NCBI GenBank assembly: GCA_030698395.1
Contig: JAUYKW010000027.1
Span: 3,174 to 67,173 of the forward strand
DNA length: 64,000 nt
Direction: 5' to 3'
Source of the DNA: a bacterium
GTDB lineage: Bacteria; Patescibacteriota; Patescibacteriia; UBA9570
In this document: positions 9,398 to 19,792 of the stretch, in pieces
Layout of the letters: every line of letters starts with the position of its first letter
How positions within the stretch are numbered: the stretch's first letter is position 1
Notes under the pieces: model-generated
Told to the model about the DNA's origin: nothing
Database searches by the model: none
Seen by the model: the letters and a program-made list of their open reading frames with translations, nothing else
Translations under genes and position numbers: made by a program

Positions 9398-10447
9398 TTA
9401 GTTATCCTCTGTATCTGTATCAAATACAATTGATTTCGTAAGTGCGTCAATGTCTTCAAGTATCAAACCAGTACCCCGCGCCACAGCTGTTAATGGATCA
9501 TCTACTACTTTTACTGGAATATTTGTTTCAGCTGCAATTAATTCATCTAATCTCGGTAATAATGCTCCACCACCAGTTAATAATATACCTCTCTCATATA
9601 TGTCTGAGATTAATTCTGGGGGCGTACCTTCAATAGTAGCTTTTATATTATCAATAATTTCAGAAACTGTTCTAGCCATAGAGTCTCTTATACCAACACT
9701 GTTAATTTCAATTTCCTTTGGCAATCCAGTTAATAAATCTCTTCCTCTCACAGGAGTTGATATATTTTCCTCTAATGGTAGTGCTGATCCAATAGCTATT
9801 TTAACCTTCTCCGCAGTACGTTCACCAATTAATAAATTAAATTCATCACGACAATAATTCATAATATCTTGATTTAAGTCATCACCTGCAATCCTGAGAG
9901 ATTTCCAATTAACAACACCTCCTAATGAAATTACTGCTATTTCACTAGTACCCCCACCAATATCAATAACCATACTACCTGTTGATTCTTGAACAGGTAA
10001 TCTAGCACCAATAGCTGCTGCCATTGATTCCTCTACTAAAAGAACCTCTCTAGCTCCAGCACTCTTAGCAGCGTCTTCAACGGCTTTTCTTTCTACTTCA
10101 GTTACTCCAATTGGAATTGCAATTACAACTCTTGGTCTTGGTAATAATGAAAATGTTTCTCTATGAACCTTGTCGATAAAATGCTTTAACATTTTTTCAG
10201 TTACCTCAAAATCAGATACAACTCCATTTACTAACGGCCTCGTAGCCACAATATGAGCTGGAGTTTTACCTACCATATCTTGTGCATCTTGACCCACTGC
10301 CAATATTTGATCTGTCCTAATATTAATAGCAACGACCGATGGCTCGTTTATAACAATACCTTTATCCTTTACATATACCAAAGTATTTGCAGTTCCCAGA
10401 TCGATACCAATGTCCTTCGATACACTTCCAAATATCTTATTAAGCAT
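9398..10447 (-). CDS. mreB: rod shape-determining protein MreB (actin homologue)
   Basis: 349 aa. GIDLGTANTLVYV phosphate-1 motif, DIGGGTSEIAV phosphate-2 motif, LTGGGALL adenosine motif. Confidence 0.9.
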   Translation of the reverse strand: MLNKIFGSVSKDIGIDLGTANTLVYVKDKGIVINEPSVVAINIRTDQILAVGQDAQDMVGKTPAHIVATRPLVNGVVSDFEVTEKMLKHFIDKVHRETFSLLPRPRVVIAIPIGVTEVERKAVEDAAKSAGAREVLLVEESMAAAIGARLPVQESTGSMVIDIGGGTSEIAVISLGGVVNWKSLRIAGDDLNQDIMNYCRDEFNLLIGERTAEKVKIAIGSALPLEENISTPVRGRDLLTGLPKEIEINSVGIRDSMARTVSEIIDNIKATIEGTPPELISDIYERGILLTGGGALLPRLDELIAAETNIPVKVVDDPLTAVARGTGLILEDIDALTKSIVFDTDTEDN

Positions 10448-11666
10448 GTTTTTTTATCATTTCATTTAACGGTAATAGCTCAACTTCGTCACTACTTCTT
10501 GGTTTGTACTCAACTTTACCATCACTTTTCGAACCTACTACTAAGCGATATGGTAAACCGATCAAGTCAGCATCTTGCAATTTCTTACCTGCTGATAATT
10601 CACGATCGTCATACAGTACAGCAAAACCTGCTTTCTGTAAAGAGTCATATACCTCATCGCTTTGAACACTATTATTGTTCAAGTTAATCAGATGAAACTT
10701 GAATGGCGCAACTTCCTCTGGCCAAGCAATGCCTTTTTCATCATGATATATCTCTACAATAGTACCCATTAATCTACTCAATCCTATACCATAACAACCC
10801 ATTATCACATCATGGCTTTTACTCATATCATCATCATAATGCAATCCAAATGGTTCAGAATATTTTGTTTGTAATTTGAAAATGTTTCCTACCTCAATAG
10901 CAGATTCTTCCTGAAATTCATTGCCTTTGCATTCTGGGCAACTAGGTGTTTCATCCTTAATTTCTTTATTAATAGCCAATTGACAATTTTGACATACATA
11001 AATAATATCCTCACCAGATTCCGATACCGCTTGATATTCATGTGAGTACTTTGAAAAAGCACCACCAGATGCATAGGTTAAATGTGTTACATCCCTTAAA
11101 CCTACGCGAGAGAATATTTTACTATATGCCTCCATTGCTTTTTCGTAATAATCGTTCAAATCTGTCTCATTTGTATGAAATGAATAAAGATCCTTCATTA
11201 AGAATTCTCGCCCACGTAATAGACCAGCTTTAGGTCTTAATTCTTTTCTAAACTTAGTTTGAAACTGATAAACAGCAAATGGCAAGTCTTTATACGATGA
11301 AATATATTGCTGTACTAATGGTACGACAATTTCTTCATGAGTTGGCCCTAAAGTAAACTGCCTGTCACTGGTATCTTCCAACTTATACAAAATATCATCC
11401 ATTTCATCCCATCTACCGGTTTTTTGCCAATTACTTTTTGGATGTAAAGCTGGCATGAGAATTTCTTGACCATCTATTTCATTTATCTCTTCCCGAACAA
11501 TATCCTCAATTTTTTTCATTACAATTCTACCTAAAGGTAAAAAAGAATAAACCCCCGCCATTAATTTATCAATATATCCTGCTCTAATTAAATATTGAGC
11601 ATTAATACTTGTTTCATCCTTTGGTACATTTTTTAAGGTCTTTGTAAAAAGTTGTGATTGTTTCAT
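10440..11666 (-). CDS. proS: prolyl-tRNA synthetase, short form without INS editing domain
   Basis: 408 aa. Collinear with bacterial ProRS (LGPTHEE, FRKELRPKAGLLRGREFLMKD motif 2). A CxxC...CxxC zinc-ribbon insert (CQNCQ...CPECKG) sits where the INS domain would be. Confidence 0.85.
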   Translation of the reverse strand: MKQSQLFTKTLKNVPKDETSINAQYLIRAGYIDKLMAGVYSFLPLGRIVMKKIEDIVREEINEIDGQEILMPALHPKSNWQKTGRWDEMDDILYKLEDTSDRQFTLGPTHEEIVVPLVQQYISSYKDLPFAVYQFQTKFRKELRPKAGLLRGREFLMKDLYSFHTNETDLNDYYEKAMEAYSKIFSRVGLRDVTHLTYASGGAFSKYSHEYQAVSESGEDIIYVCQNCQLAINKEIKDETPSCPECKGNEFQEESAIEVGNIFKLQTKYSEPFGLHYDDDMSKSHDVIMGCYGIGLSRLMGTIVEIYHDEKGIAWPEEVAPFKFHLINLNNNSVQSDEVYDSLQKAGFAVLYDDRELSAGKKLQDADLIGLPYRLVVGSKSDGKVEYKPRSSDEVELLPLNEMIKKHA

Positions 11667-11669
11667 AAT

Positions 11670-12791
11670 TTAAAATAAATCAAGTAAATCTTTCAAAGTA
11701 ACTACCATTAATAATGTCAACAATAATATAAATCCTAGATTATGTACTACTGCTTCAATTTTTGGATTTATTGGTTTCCGTAATACAAATTCAAACAATA
11801 AGAATAATATTCTACCACCATCAAGTGCCGGAAAAGGAAATAAGTTAAATATAGCTAAATTAATAGATAGCAACGCGGCAAACTGAATGATATATACAAT
11901 ACCCAACTGTGTAGCTTCATGAGTTAATGAAGCAATACCAAGCGGACCAGCAATTGCTACGTTTGAAGCTTCGCCATCAAATAAACCAACAACTAAATTA
12001 ATAATGGCATACAAGATCATTCGAATCATCTCATATGTTTGAATAACTCCATGCCAAATTGCAGAATACCAAGGTAATCTCACGATTCCTGTTTCTGCTA
12101 AAAATACGCCAACTCCTAATGTATCGGTTTCTTCAAGAATCTCTGGAGTTACACTGTATTGGAAAATTTCATCGTTACCTCTAGAAATTTCTATATCAAC
12201 TGATGTACCAGATTCTAATCCCAACAAACTATTTGTAAAATCGGTAGAGTGATTAATTTCTATGTCATTAACTTTAGTTATTGCATCACCAATCTTAATA
12301 CCTTGGTGGCTCGCGGGTCCATTTTCTTGAACCTCAACTACTAACACTTCAGGATTCGTCACCGTTGCATTGCTTGGCAAATCAGAAATTGACGATGGCA
12401 TTCCTATCATAAATCCAACAGAAAACAAAAAGACTGCCAATACTATATTCATAAAAATACCAGCAAACAGAATTATAAATCTCTGCCACATTGGATGTGA
12501 GCTAAAATCATCAGATGATTTTTTATTCTTCTCATCACCAGCTGGAACAGGAGTATCCATTTGATCACCACCGATAACACCTTTTATCTTCACAAAACCA
12601 CCAACAGGTATCCAATTCAAAGAATAGAGTGTCTTGCCCTTTTTAATACCCGTTATTCTTGGAGGGAAACCAACACCAAATTCATCAACCCCTACCTTAA
12701 AAAATCTTGCCGCTACAAAATGTCCTAACTCATGTACAATTACTAACAATCCTAAGATTGTAATAAAAACCAATATTGATACAACGATCAT
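11670..12791 (-). CDS. rseP: site-2 protease RseP (M50 family)
   Basis: 373 aa. HELGHF (HExxH) in TM1, PDZ domain, NLFPFPALDGG (LDG) motif. Confidence 0.8.
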   Translation of the reverse strand: MIVVSILVFITILGLLVIVHELGHFVAARFFKVGVDEFGVGFPPRITGIKKGKTLYSLNWIPVGGFVKIKGVIGGDQMDTPVPAGDEKNKKSSDDFSSHPMWQRFIILFAGIFMNIVLAVFLFSVGFMIGMPSSISDLPSNATVTNPEVLVVEVQENGPASHQGIKIGDAITKVNDIEINHSTDFTNSLLGLESGTSVDIEISRGNDEIFQYSVTPEILEETDTLGVGVFLAETGIVRLPWYSAIWHGVIQTYEMIRMILYAIINLVVGLFDGEASNVAIAGPLGIASLTHEATQLGIVYIIQFAALLSINLAIFNLFPFPALDGGRILFLLFEFVLRKPINPKIEAVVHNLGFILLLTLLMVVTLKDLLDLF

Positions 12792-13321
12792 ATTGTGAGT
12801 ATCTCCTTCTCCTTTTTAATCCCTAAATCTTTAATGATTGTATTATAATCATCAACTAACTTTTGAATATCTTTTTGTTCTGCAAAAAAGTCATCTTCAG
12901 ATATCTCTTTATCATTTTTTTTAGTTTTTAGCTCGTGCATCAATTCTTCTCTAACTTTCTTTATCGACACATGAGCCTCTTCACATCTATCCTTTACCAC
13001 CTTAACAGTTTCTTTTCTTTTTTCTTCTGTCATCGGCGGAAAAACAACTCGAATTGTTGTTCCATCAACAACTGGACTAAATCCCTGATCTGCTTCATGT
13101 AGAGTTTTTTCGATATTTTTTATAATACTAGTATCCCAAGGTTGGATGACCAGACTCTGGGCACCCTGATTTGTTATAGAAGCTAATTGATTCAAGGGTG
13201 TCACTGAATCATACACAGACACATTAATATCATCCATAATGGCTGGAGAAACTCTACCAATATGCAAAGTTGCTAACTGCTTTTCTAAAAATTGAATTGT
13301 TGAATCAAATTTATCATTCAT
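12788..13321 (-). CDS. frr: ribosome recycling factor
   Basis: 177 aa, collinear with Frr. 4-nt overlap with rseP. Confidence 0.9.
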   Translation of the reverse strand: MNDKFDSTIQFLEKQLATLHIGRVSPAIMDDINVSVYDSVTPLNQLASITNQGAQSLVIQPWDTSIIKNIEKTLHEADQGFSPVVDGTTIRVVFPPMTEEKRKETVKVVKDRCEEAHVSIKKVREELMHELKTKKNDKEISEDDFFAEQKDIQKLVDDYNTIIKDLGIKKEKEILTI

Positions 13322-13331
13322 ATAGTTAATA

Positions 13332-14462
13332 TTACTTAATTAATCCCCCACTACTTTCAACAAGTTCTGTTCCGATATATATTACATTCGGAGCATCCTG
13401 ATCAATTAAAAATGATGTTACACTTCTTGTAGTTGGAAAAGATTCTAAGGTTTTCCAGGCGTTACCATTATCAGTTGAGACATGAATTTTCTTACCAACA
13501 ACGAAATAGATTGTCTCAGAGTCTTTTGGCGCTACTGTTAGATGTCTAATATTTTTATTTTGCTTATCTTTAAAACCAATTAATGTTGTAATATCTTCCC
13601 AATCTAAACCTTCGTTATAACTACGGAGAATGCCTCGTGATGTAACTATATAAACGATTCTAAAATCATTTGGATCGAGCGCAACATCATACACACGGCC
13701 CGCACCATCGAACTTCTCTTTAAAATCTTTGGCTAATAATTTATCCCATCCAGAGTTTGTACCTCCAGCTGTATCGATTTCTTCCTGCTCATCTAATTCA
13801 TCCGGAGTAACCAAAGCTTCCCCGCCATTAGTTGTTTTATATAATACTCCCTCGCTAGTAAGAGCATATATAATTCTAGTATTGTATGGTGCCATTAACA
13901 TCTCTACAACTGGATTTTCGATTTGTAAATGTAAATCCCAGTTTATTCCATAGTCATAACTTTTGATAATTGTCCCAGCAGAAGTCGAAGCATAAATACG
14001 TGATGTATCATAACTATCAACAACTATAACATTTACTTTTGAAGCCTTTACATCAGAATATACATTTTCCCAGGTTTCACCACCATCTACCGTTTTCATT
14101 ATTGTTGTATTTTTTGCAACGTATATTGTTTCAGGATTTTTTGGATCAAATGCAATACTGGTTACAGATCCATTATTAATTTGCGATTGCACCCAAGTTT
14201 CTCCTCCATCCAAAGTAGTATACATACCGTTACCATTTGTCCCAATATAAATGATATTTGAATCATTCGGATGCGCTACTGTAGTAGCAATATTTACATC
14301 ACTTATGGTTGTTTTCTTTCTTCCTTCCTGGCTAATAAAAGTTTTTTGCTCCCATGATTCACCACCATCATATGATTTAAAAACACCACCATCTGCTACT
14401 TCGCCGCAAGATGCTCCAATCAGAAGTAATAATGATAAAAGAATAAAATTATATTTAGTCAT
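13332..14462 (-). CDS. secreted BNR/Asp-box repeat beta-propeller protein (Ycf48/sialidase-like fold)
   Basis: 376 aa. N-terminal signal peptide (LLSLLLLIGASC). Seven S/TxDxGxTW-type Asp-box repeats (YDGGESWEQ, TLDGGETWVQ, TVDGGETWEN, SYDYGINWD, TTNGGEAL, SYNEGLDWED, STDNGNAWKT). Confidence 0.6.
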   Translation of the reverse strand: MTKYNFILLSLLLLIGASCGEVADGGVFKSYDGGESWEQKTFISQEGRKKTTISDVNIATTVAHPNDSNIIYIGTNGNGMYTTLDGGETWVQSQINNGSVTSIAFDPKNPETIYVAKNTTIMKTVDGGETWENVYSDVKASKVNVIVVDSYDTSRIYASTSAGTIIKSYDYGINWDLHLQIENPVVEMLMAPYNTRIIYALTSEGVLYKTTNGGEALVTPDELDEQEEIDTAGGTNSGWDKLLAKDFKEKFDGAGRVYDVALDPNDFRIVYIVTSRGILRSYNEGLDWEDITTLIGFKDKQNKNIRHLTVAPKDSETIYFVVGKKIHVSTDNGNAWKTLESFPTTRSVTSFLIDQDAPNVIYIGTELVESSGGLIK

Positions 14463-14468
14463 AATATG

Positions 14469-15455
14469 TTAACGGTATATTTTTAATAAAATCTGATCCA
14501 GTAAAATCTTTGCTTGAATTGGCTGGTTCAGCTTAATAGTATATTGATTAATTAATTCTAACGCTTTCATGCTATCATCCACAGAAGTTTTGCGTTGTAA
14601 GTCCTGTAATTCTTTCGTAGCGAATACATAACGAACCGAGTCGTTAACATTCATTTGTAACATTAAATTATCTCTACAAACATCTTCTAGTATTGAAAGA
14701 TAATTTATCAAATGCTCTCGTGAAACTGTTTTTGGCCAAATCTTCCTTCCAATAACTAATCGCTTGCTATATATTTTTTCAGTAAGCAATAATATCCACT
14801 GAATGATTTCTTCCTGATATGCAAGTTGTTTCCTCTTATCTAAGAATTTATGAGCTAAACCTGGAAGTCCCTGAATCACTTTAGTACTATCATCTGTGAG
14901 ATCATATGCTTTTCGCAATTCCTCTTTACTCACTAAATTCATTCTCATATGTGCACACCTTGAACGGATAGTAGGCAATATTTCATGACTATTCTCAGTC
15001 AGTAGAAAAAAGAAAATATTATCATTTGGTTCCTCAAGTACTTTCAGCAGAGCATTACTCGCCTCTCTAGTCATACAATCAGCTTGATGGATGACAATTA
15101 CTCTCTTTCCTGGTAAAAAACCAGACATATTTAAGCTAGATATCTCATCTCTCATTCTGCTAATAGAGATCCTTCCACTGCTTTCTGGAGAAATAACATT
15201 AACATTTGGATGATTATCTCGCTTCAACATCGAGCAAGAATTGCATAATCCCCTTTTTTTTCTTGCTAAACATGATAATTCGTCTTCTATCTGTGTACAC
15301 AACAAATCAGCAATTAAATTAGAAATGAGCGTTGTTTTGCCAATATGTTCAGGTCCGATAATTAAATTGGCATGATGAACTGTACCACTTTTTACTTGTT
15401 TTTGCAAGTAATGCTGTAAAAGATTGTTTCCTATTAATTCCTTGGTATATTCCAT
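14469..15455 (-). CDS. holB: DNA polymerase III delta-prime subunit
   Basis: 328 aa. AAA+ fold with GPEHIGKTT P-loop-like motif, Cys-rich CxxC zinc module (CNSCSMLKRDNHPNV), and SRC-like TIRSRC. Confidence 0.7.
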   Translation of the reverse strand: MEYTKELIGNNLLQHYLQKQVKSGTVHHANLIIGPEHIGKTTLISNLIADLLCTQIEDELSCLARKKRGLCNSCSMLKRDNHPNVNVISPESSGRISISRMRDEISSLNMSGFLPGKRVIVIHQADCMTREASNALLKVLEEPNDNIFFFLLTENSHEILPTIRSRCAHMRMNLVSKEELRKAYDLTDDSTKVIQGLPGLAHKFLDKRKQLAYQEEIIQWILLLTEKIYSKRLVIGRKIWPKTVSREHLINYLSILEDVCRDNLMLQMNVNDSVRYVFATKELQDLQRKTSVDDSMKALELINQYTIKLNQPIQAKILLDQILLKIYR

Positions 15456-15470
15456 GATGTCGTCATTATA

Positions 15471-16652
15471 TCAGTTCTCCGCATCTAATTCACTTTTTAG
15501 AGCTTTCCACGTTTTATCGGCACATTTTTGCCAAGAAAAAAACTTCACTCTTTCAAATCCAACATCCGACAGTTGCTTTCGATCTATTTCTGATAAATTA
15601 ATAGCTGAGTTCATTTTTGCAGCAATACTTTCAGGATCATGATGATTAAAATAGATACAGGCATCTTCACAAACTTCTTTTAGGGGCGGGATATCAGAAC
15701 AAACAACGGTTGTTCCTGTTGCAAGAGCCTCCAATATAGGTATACCAAATCCTTCATAATTAGTTGGAAAAATAAAAAGACTAGCATCGTTCATTAGTAC
15801 ATTCATTTTATCTTGTTCTACATATCCTAATTCTTGTACAACGTCATGCAAGTTATGTTTCAAAATTTCACTCTTAATATTTTCATATCCATTACCAGGA
15901 CTTCCGACTAAATATAATTGGTGATTCAATTTATATTTATTTCTCAATATATTAAATGCTTTGATTAAATTAACGATATTCTTTTTATGTTCAAGCCTTC
16001 CTATGTATAAAATATATTGTTTTTGATTATTTGTATCTGGCACTGGATGATACTCATGACTACTAAAACCATTATGCACTACCAATATCTTACTATCTTC
16101 AATTTGATATCTGGATTTTAATTCAGACTTAGTAAATTCTGATATAGTTATTATTTTACTTGCATGCTTAGCTGCAAAATTCATCGACCACCGATGGTAA
16201 TCTAATTCACTGGTACTATACTTACCAAACGTGAACACGCGAACTATAAAGTTAACTATTGAACCACCAATATATGAATTTGCATATAATTCTGGGCTGT
16301 TTTCAAATCCTAAATCATGTGCAACATAAACACTTCGCTTCGGATGAATTATAGGAATAGTATGTGCAGGAATAAAAAGGATATCAGGCCTAGACCAAAA
16401 ACGTAACATTGCTATAGACATCCTAATCTGCGTCCACATTAATTTAGGTGACCAACGGAGTACAACGTTTTCCCAATTTTTCGGTAATGGCAATAGATCT
16501 TCCAGTAAAGGCTCTTTTGTATACAAGATAACCTTATAATTGTCCTGGGGAATAATATCTTTTAATTGGTTTAATAAATTAAAAATATACCACTCCGTTC
16601 CAGTGCGCTTTTTTATGTTTGCGCGTGATGCATCAATGCCAATTACACGCAT
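15471..16652 (-). CDS. glycosyltransferase family 4 (GT-B, GT1-like)
   Basis: 393 aa. C-terminal EGFGIPILEALATG...E motif typical of GT4 retaining enzymes. Confidence 0.75.
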   Translation of the reverse strand: MRVIGIDASRANIKKRTGTEWYIFNLLNQLKDIIPQDNYKVILYTKEPLLEDLLPLPKNWENVVLRWSPKLMWTQIRMSIAMLRFWSRPDILFIPAHTIPIIHPKRSVYVAHDLGFENSPELYANSYIGGSIVNFIVRVFTFGKYSTSELDYHRWSMNFAAKHASKIITISEFTKSELKSRYQIEDSKILVVHNGFSSHEYHPVPDTNNQKQYILYIGRLEHKKNIVNLIKAFNILRNKYKLNHQLYLVGSPGNGYENIKSEILKHNLHDVVQELGYVEQDKMNVLMNDASLFIFPTNYEGFGIPILEALATGTTVVCSDIPPLKEVCEDACIYFNHHDPESIAAKMNSAINLSEIDRKQLSDVGFERVKFFSWQKCADKTWKALKSELDAEN

Positions 16653-16661
16653 GATATTATT

Positions 16662-17666
16662 TTATTTTGTTGAAAGAATTGATCGCTTGTATGAATCAAG
16701 ATTTTCTAATGCAACTCCTGTACCTTTCACAACATTTTGTAAAGGATCATCTGCAACGTACGCTGGAACATCTATTGCCCTGGATAACAACTCATCCAAA
16801 TTACTCAACAAACCAGAGCCTCCAGAAATTACCATGCCCTTATCTATTACGTCTGCGGATAATTCCGGTGGCGTCTCATGCAACACAGACTTTACGGCCT
16901 GTATTATGCCTTGTAATTCATCTTGAATAGCTTCAGTTATGTCATCAGATGTTACTTCTGTAGTTCGTGGCAATCCAGAAACCATATCTCTTCCTCTAAT
17001 TTCCATTGATAACTTATCACTTAATGGCAAAGCCGAACCGATCTTTATTTTTAACTCCTCTGCACTACGTTCTCCAATAGCTAAATTATATTTCTTTCTT
17101 ACATATTCCTGAATTGCACTATCAAATTTTGTACCACCAATTCTAACCGATGTGTTAGCGACAATACCTCCTAGAGAAATTACGGCAATCTCGCTGGTAC
17201 CTCCACCAATTTCAATAATCATATGTCCAGACGCAGATCCAATTGGAATACCTGCCCCAATTGCTGAAGCTATTGGCTGTTTAATAATGAATGCTGCTTT
17301 AGCACCAGCCTGTAAACACGCGTCAATAACTGCCCTTCTCTCAGTAGATGTAATACCAGCAGGAACTGCGATCATAACTTCAGGACTAATAAATCTTACA
17401 CCACCTAATGCCTTGTTTATAAAATAACGCAACATGCTTTCTGTGGTTTTATAATCAGCAATAACACCTTCCTTGAGCGGTCGTTTCGCTACAATTGTAT
17501 CCGGCGTTCTGCCAAGCATTTCTCGCGCTTCACCACCAACGGCCAAAACACGCTTATCATGTCCTATTGCAACAACAGATGGCTCATTAATAGCTATGCC
17601 TTTTTTTGGAACGTAAACAAGTGTATTAACTGTTCCTAAATCAATTCCTATTTTTTTTACAAACAT
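16662..17666 (-). CDS. MreB paralog (second actin-like rod-shape protein, Mbl-like)
   Basis: 334 aa. GIDLGTVNTLVYV, IEIGGGTSEIAV, ISGGSGLL. Clearly an MreB family member but divergent from the copy at 9398-10447. Confidence 0.8.
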   Translation of the reverse strand: MFVKKIGIDLGTVNTLVYVPKKGIAINEPSVVAIGHDKRVLAVGGEAREMLGRTPDTIVAKRPLKEGVIADYKTTESMLRYFINKALGGVRFISPEVMIAVPAGITSTERRAVIDACLQAGAKAAFIIKQPIASAIGAGIPIGSASGHMIIEIGGGTSEIAVISLGGIVANTSVRIGGTKFDSAIQEYVRKKYNLAIGERSAEELKIKIGSALPLSDKLSMEIRGRDMVSGLPRTTEVTSDDITEAIQDELQGIIQAVKSVLHETPPELSADVIDKGMVISGGSGLLSNLDELLSRAIDVPAYVADDPLQNVVKGTGVALENLDSYKRSILSTK

Positions 17667-19792
17667 TAACGAAAATCTATATTAATTTCTTTATCTGTAT
17701 TCAATTGACTACTAAAATGCAACTCATTATTGCCGATTTGTTCAATTTCGTCAATGGGCTTATAAACATCGATTTTCTTGCCTACATCAAAACTAAAGTT
17801 AAATGAAACATTATCCGTGCCCGGTTGTTTTTGCATAAATAACCCATATTTGTTGTCATTTATAGCATCTACAATATTACGTGGTAACTTATACTTCAAA
17901 GTAACCACCTCTTCTGTTTTAGGCTCAACTGAAATGAATCCTTCAAATATAGTTTTGTTTTTTTCTTCATCCTGAGTTACTTTTGCCGCCACAGGCTGAC
18001 CACCAAGAAATCTATCAGTTGTTAAGAAGCCATTAGTCTCGATTAGTTCGCTACCAGTAGGAACATAGATACGAGTGTACGTTCTATACCTAGTAGTAAA
18101 AAAATCAAATACTCCATCGTTATAATATCGAAGAGCCATGTCTACAATCACATCTTCTCCCTGTTGCGATACAGCATAATCAATATTTTTTGTCATCACG
18201 CGATCAGTTTTAAGAGCAGCTAAATTAGCATCAATAACCATTACATAATCACCCTCGTGTTCTTCAATGGAACCAGCCCAATCTAATTCCTCGATCAACT
18301 TTTGTGCTTTACTATCCTTAGAATAAATCATCACATGCTTCTCATCTAGATTATCCATCAACATTGACCATAAGTCCCTCCATTGAGATTTTGGTAAATT
18401 CATCATTTTAGACATCAATTCAGAAGCAAGTGTGCCAATCACAGCTTTGCGCTCAGAATCAGTTGCTCCTTCCTGACGATAACCAATTTCAACCTGATAT
18501 TGCAATTTCTCCGTAAGGTTTTCCTCGGTATATTCTTCTCCTTCTACTGTAATTGGTCCAGTAACCATTAACATTTGTTCAATTAGTTTTGGGGTGACTG
18601 AAATTACGCCATCTAAATTTTCAACTGGTCCATTTTCCAGATGATAAAATTCTTCTACTTTCTTAGCAGTAGTTGGAAAATCTGGATCCCAATTAGCATC
18701 ACGCATAAACCATTGCGTTGATCCTAAATATGTATGAAATGGTTCCGGTGGCGTAACAAATAATTCATCTTTAACTGGTACGTCCAAGTTGTATATATTA
18801 TCTGTTTTAAACTCTTGAATGTCAGCATTCTTTAAAATTAATATTCCATAAGTACCAATAAAACCACCAGTTGGTCGAAGCTCAGTATTGTTCTGAAGTA
18901 TAAACAAGTACGTCTTTTCATCTGGATATCCTAGAATTGTCGGTGCGATATCCAAAAATGGCAAAGCTTTATCTACGATCTGCTCTACTAATGGCAACTT
19001 CTCTCTAAGTGGAATTATTGCAACATCTAAAATGCTTATTACTCCCTCAGTAGGAATACTTTCCATAGCTATAAGTGCTTCAGCTAAATCATCTTGAGCA
19101 GATTGTAATCTATCAGGAGAATCTTCAATGGTTTGTAAAATTTGTTTTCTTTCTTTTTGTGTAATACTAGATACAGTTACTTCCTCAGACTCTACTACAC
19201 TAAATATATCATCAGCCACGTATGAAATTTCAACTAATGCTCCTGCAATTTTTATACCACCCACTAGTAAATTATCAACTGCTTTAAATTGAGTTGATAC
19301 TCCGGGTACCCATTTCATCCAAAATAAATTATCCGATGCCTCTTGAGCAAGTACTAAATGTTCTTGTGCACTACTCAAATCATTAATAGCAACTTTAAAA
19401 TTTTGATCAGTTAAATTTTGTTGAGCAGCTACAAAATCATCTTTTCCAGCAATAGCCTCTTCATACAAAACTTTCCCTTGACTATAAGCTTGAGCACCAA
19501 GTGCTGACAAAATAAATATTAATAGTACTGATATACTCAAAATAATCTTTATTCTTTTTTTTCGTTTACTTTTGACTACAATCTTTTTAACTGCTTTTAC
19601 TTCTTTTCCAACTTTAGTTTTTCTACTACGTAAACTTTTTTTTGGTGCCTTAATATCTTGGACAAGTTCTCCAGAATTTTTTTGCTTTTTTATACGAATC
19701 TTTTTTTGCTTTTTTGCTTTTAAATTCTGGCTAGTTGCCTGCGGAATTTTCTTTGAATCCGTCGAATTATTTATATCTGGTATCAACGTCAT
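17666..19792 (-). CDS. hypothetical membrane-anchored protein with polybasic N-terminal tail and large extracytoplasmic domain
   Basis: 708 aa. Residues 1 to about 90 are extremely Lys/Arg-rich (KKQKKIRIKKQKN...SKRKKRIK), followed by a single TM helix (IILSISVLLIFILSALGA) and a ~600-aa domain with no motif I can name. Sits in the glycan locus. Confidence 0.45.
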   Translation of the reverse strand: MTLIPDINNSTDSKKIPQATSQNLKAKKQKKIRIKKQKNSGELVQDIKAPKKSLRSRKTKVGKEVKAVKKIVVKSKRKKRIKIILSISVLLIFILSALGAQAYSQGKVLYEEAIAGKDDFVAAQQNLTDQNFKVAINDLSSAQEHLVLAQEASDNLFWMKWVPGVSTQFKAVDNLLVGGIKIAGALVEISYVADDIFSVVESEEVTVSSITQKERKQILQTIEDSPDRLQSAQDDLAEALIAMESIPTEGVISILDVAIIPLREKLPLVEQIVDKALPFLDIAPTILGYPDEKTYLFILQNNTELRPTGGFIGTYGILILKNADIQEFKTDNIYNLDVPVKDELFVTPPEPFHTYLGSTQWFMRDANWDPDFPTTAKKVEEFYHLENGPVENLDGVISVTPKLIEQMLMVTGPITVEGEEYTEENLTEKLQYQVEIGYRQEGATDSERKAVIGTLASELMSKMMNLPKSQWRDLWSMLMDNLDEKHVMIYSKDSKAQKLIEELDWAGSIEEHEGDYVMVIDANLAALKTDRVMTKNIDYAVSQQGEDVIVDMALRYYNDGVFDFFTTRYRTYTRIYVPTGSELIETNGFLTTDRFLGGQPVAAKVTQDEEKNKTIFEGFISVEPKTEEVVTLKYKLPRNIVDAINDNKYGLFMQKQPGTDNVSFNFSFDVGKKIDVYKPIDEIEQIGNNELHFSSQLNTDKEINIDFR

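Noticed and set aside
9450-9857. 135-aa plus-strand ORF (and the neighbouring 9442-9636 ORF)
   Set aside because: Antisense to mreB, which is unambiguously coding. A shadow ORF.
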